IMG/VR virus record: IMGVR_UViG_3300042914_002678
Strand: one strand, 5' to 3'
Source: a virus
Taxonomy: Duplodnaviria; Caudoviricetes
DNA length: 64,000 nucleotides
Part shown: one piece after another, positions 62,176 to 64,000 of the stretch
Layout of the letters: every line of letters starts with the position of its first letter
How positions within the stretch are numbered: the first letter of the stretch is position 1
Notes under the pieces: model-generated
What the model saw: only the letters and a program-made list of their open reading frames with translations
Database searches by the model: none
What the model was told of the DNA's origin: nothing
Position numbers and translations under genes: made by a program

Positions 62176-63471
62176 ATGAAGAGTTTTTTCCAATTTCTAA
62201 ATGAGGCAACCCAATCGCAAGCATCGATGCAAGCGAAGAAGTTAAACCTCAAGAGTGATGGTCACGGCGGTTGGTTGGACAGTCGTGGAGAATTTGTTGC
62301 GAAAACAGAGGGGGGAAAATTAGTATTCTATGATAAGGGTAGAGTAGACGGGGGTAAAGACCAACCAAAAGGTGCAGTAGGAAGATCGGATGCTACATCA
62401 AAACCAGAAGCAAAACCAACAGCAGCACCTGCGCCAAAGGCATCGGCAAAAGCAACTTCATCAACTGCAGATGTTCCTACAGATAGTGATACCTTAACTG
62501 TTGCATTTGGAAGATTTAATCCGCCAACAGTAGGACACGAAAAACTTTTGAAGTCTGCAAGAAAGGCAGCTGCTGGTGGAGATTTGAAGATTTATCCTTC
62601 AAGAACTCAGGACCCAAAGAAAAATCCTCTTGATCCTGATATGAAGATTTCTTTTATGAAAAAAATGTTCCCCGACTTTGATGAGAATATTATTAATGAT
62701 GATGAAATGAAATCAATTTTTAATGTACTAGTTGCAGCATCTGAGGAAGGATATGCTAATGTCAATATAGTTGTTGGATCTGATAGACAAGCGGAATTTG
62801 AAAATCTTGCTCAGAAATACAATGGAGACTTATACCAATTTGATTTAATCCGTGTTATTTCTGCTGGTATGAGAGATGCTGATGCCGAAGGCGTTGAAGG
62901 TATGTCCGCATCTAAAATGAGAAAGGCAGTTATCGAAGATGATTTTGAATCTTTCCGCAGAGGAACACCAAAGACATTAGATGATGGTGATACTCAAGCA
63001 CTCTTTGATGCAGTCCGTCAGGGAATGGGTGCAAAGAAAAAGAAGAAGGTTGCTGAGTTGTGGCAGATTGCTCCAAAGTATGATTTAGAGACTCTCCGTG
63101 AAAATTATATTACTGGCAAAATTTTCAGAATTGGTGATATTGTAGAAAATTTAAATACGGGATTGGTTGGAGAAATTATGCGTAGAGGTACAAATTATCT
63201 CATCTGTGTCACTGAAGATGGTTATATGTTTAAATCTTGGATTCGTGATGTAATGGAATATACTGAAGTGAAAATGGAAAAGAAAGTGAGAGTTTCTGGT
63301 AAACCGAATACATTAGTTGGAACGGGTGGATATTTTAAATATGCTGTTGATATGACACCTGGATTTGAAAAAGGAGACAAAACAAATCTTCAATATGGCG
63401 CAAAACCTTATAGTGGATATAAGCAAACTAACGTTAAGGAATTCATAAATAAGTATAAGGTAAAGAAATAG
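62176..63471 (+). CDS. HIGH-family nucleotidyltransferase (cytidylyltransferase-like)
   Basis: FGRFNPPTVGH (HxGH-like), VVGSDR and MSASKMR (KMSKS-like) motifs; N-terminus MKSFFQFLNE. Confidence 0.85.
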   Translation: MKSFFQFLNEATQSQASMQAKKLNLKSDGHGGWLDSRGEFVAKTEGGKLVFYDKGRVDGGKDQPKGAVGRSDATSKPEAKPTAAPAPKASAKATSSTADVPTDSDTLTVAFGRFNPPTVGHEKLLKSARKAAAGGDLKIYPSRTQDPKKNPLDPDMKISFMKKMFPDFDENIINDDEMKSIFNVLVAASEEGYANVNIVVGSDRQAEFENLAQKYNGDLYQFDLIRVISAGMRDADAEGVEGMSASKMRKAVIEDDFESFRRGTPKTLDDGDTQALFDAVRQGMGAKKKKKVAELWQIAPKYDLETLRENYITGKIFRIGDIVENLNTGLVGEIMRRGTNYLICVTEDGYMFKSWIRDVMEYTEVKMEKKVRVSGKPNTLVGTGGYFKYAVDMTPGFEKGDKTNLQYGAKPYSGYKQTNVKEFINKYKVKK

Positions 63472-63480
63472 TAAGTTACA

Positions 63481-64000
63481 ATGTCTATCAATCCTCTGAA
63501 TGATATTTCCAGAGTGTATCTGGAGCAAGTTTCTGTTGATGAAGCAAAGCAATCTTTCCCTTTTAAGAAGGTTGAAGGAAAGATGAAGGAGAAATTTGCT
63601 AAGTCAGTATGGGCTAAAAAAGGAAATCCTGCTGTTCCTAATACAACTGATGATGAGAAGAAAGCAACTACTCAGCACAGTAAAATGTTCCGCACTTATG
63701 AGAAGGAAAAGAGGGCAAAACAAGAGGCAGATAAGGCAAGACGTTCATCGACTTTTTATAAGGACACTCACCCAGCAAGTGCTCCTAAGATGAAGAAAGC
63801 AAATGAAGAGTTTGAAATTGATGAAGCAGTGAAGGGTGCTGATCCAGAAATGAGAAAAGCAGCTGCCGTTGAAAGAAAAGAAGGGGATAAAAGACTTGCT
63901 CCTTCAAAAGGAAAAGGTTATGCAGACCAGCAAAAACAAAGCATTGCATATATGGACAAGTTGACCAAGAAAAATAAGAACGTAGTTGGTCTTGTTGCTA
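63481..64000 (+). CDS. Probable internal head protein, 3'-truncated by the window edge (missed by the ORF track)
   Basis: Open frame from ATG 63481 to the end: MSINPLNDISRVYLEQVSVDEAKQ...FEIDEAVKG.... ATAAATA at 63445-51 upstream. Confidence 0.75.
   Translation, partial: MSINPLNDISRVYLEQVSVDEAKQSFPFKKVEGKMKEKFAKSVWAKKGNPAVPNTTDDEKKATTQHSKMFRTYEKEKRAKQEADKARRSSTFYKDTHPASAPKMKKANEEFEIDEAVKGADPEMRKAAAVERKEGDKRLAPSKGKGYADQQKQSIAYMDKLTKKNKNVVGLVA

Noticed and set aside
60749-63471. Idea that the nucleotidyltransferase adds CCA to the neighbouring CCA-less tRNA
   Set aside because: CCA-adding enzymes belong to the polymerase-beta superfamily, whereas this protein has HIGH/KMSKS-type Rossmann motifs.
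1-64000. CRISPR array, transposase, integrase or diversity-generating retroelement
   Set aside because: No regularly spaced direct repeats, no recognisable recombinase or reverse transcriptase motifs, and no near-identical template/variable repeat pair seen by eye. A self dot-plot would be the decisive check.

Overview
This 64 kb window is part of a T4-like myovirus genome. It is most likely a cyanophage (Kyanoviridae-like), inferred from gene order and from cobS-like, hsp20, mazG, 2OG-Fe(II) oxygenase and cytidylyltransferase-like genes; no photosynthesis gene lies inside the window. All credible genes are on the + strand. 1-37.8 kb is the virion module: large baseplate/fibre proteins, gp8, gp13-gp23 and gp3. 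37.8-60.3 kb is the replication, recombination and regulation module: uvsY, uvsW, gp55, gp47, gp46, vWA-peptidase plus AAA ATPase, gp45, denV-like, gp44, dam, gp62, regA, hsp20, gp43, uvsX, gp41 and mazG. 60.3-64 kb holds tRNA-Ala(UGC), a nuclease-like ORF, a HIGH-family nucleotidyltransferase and probable internal head proteins. No CRISPR array, intron, intein or transposase was seen. Most interesting signals: (1) a dispersed set of late-promoter genes whose N-termini resemble the T4 capsid-targeting sequence, including an enzyme, plus a probable protease-processed polyprotein; (2) a ROSE-like RNA thermometer over the hsp20 ribosome-binding site, preceded by a further structured RNA; (3) a [VI]G[IV][GAS][ST]T peptide motif recurring across unrelated virion proteins; (4) host-type promoters overlapped by inverted repeats; (5) a possible NblA-like small protein. 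All assignments are by motif recognition and synteny; no database search was run.
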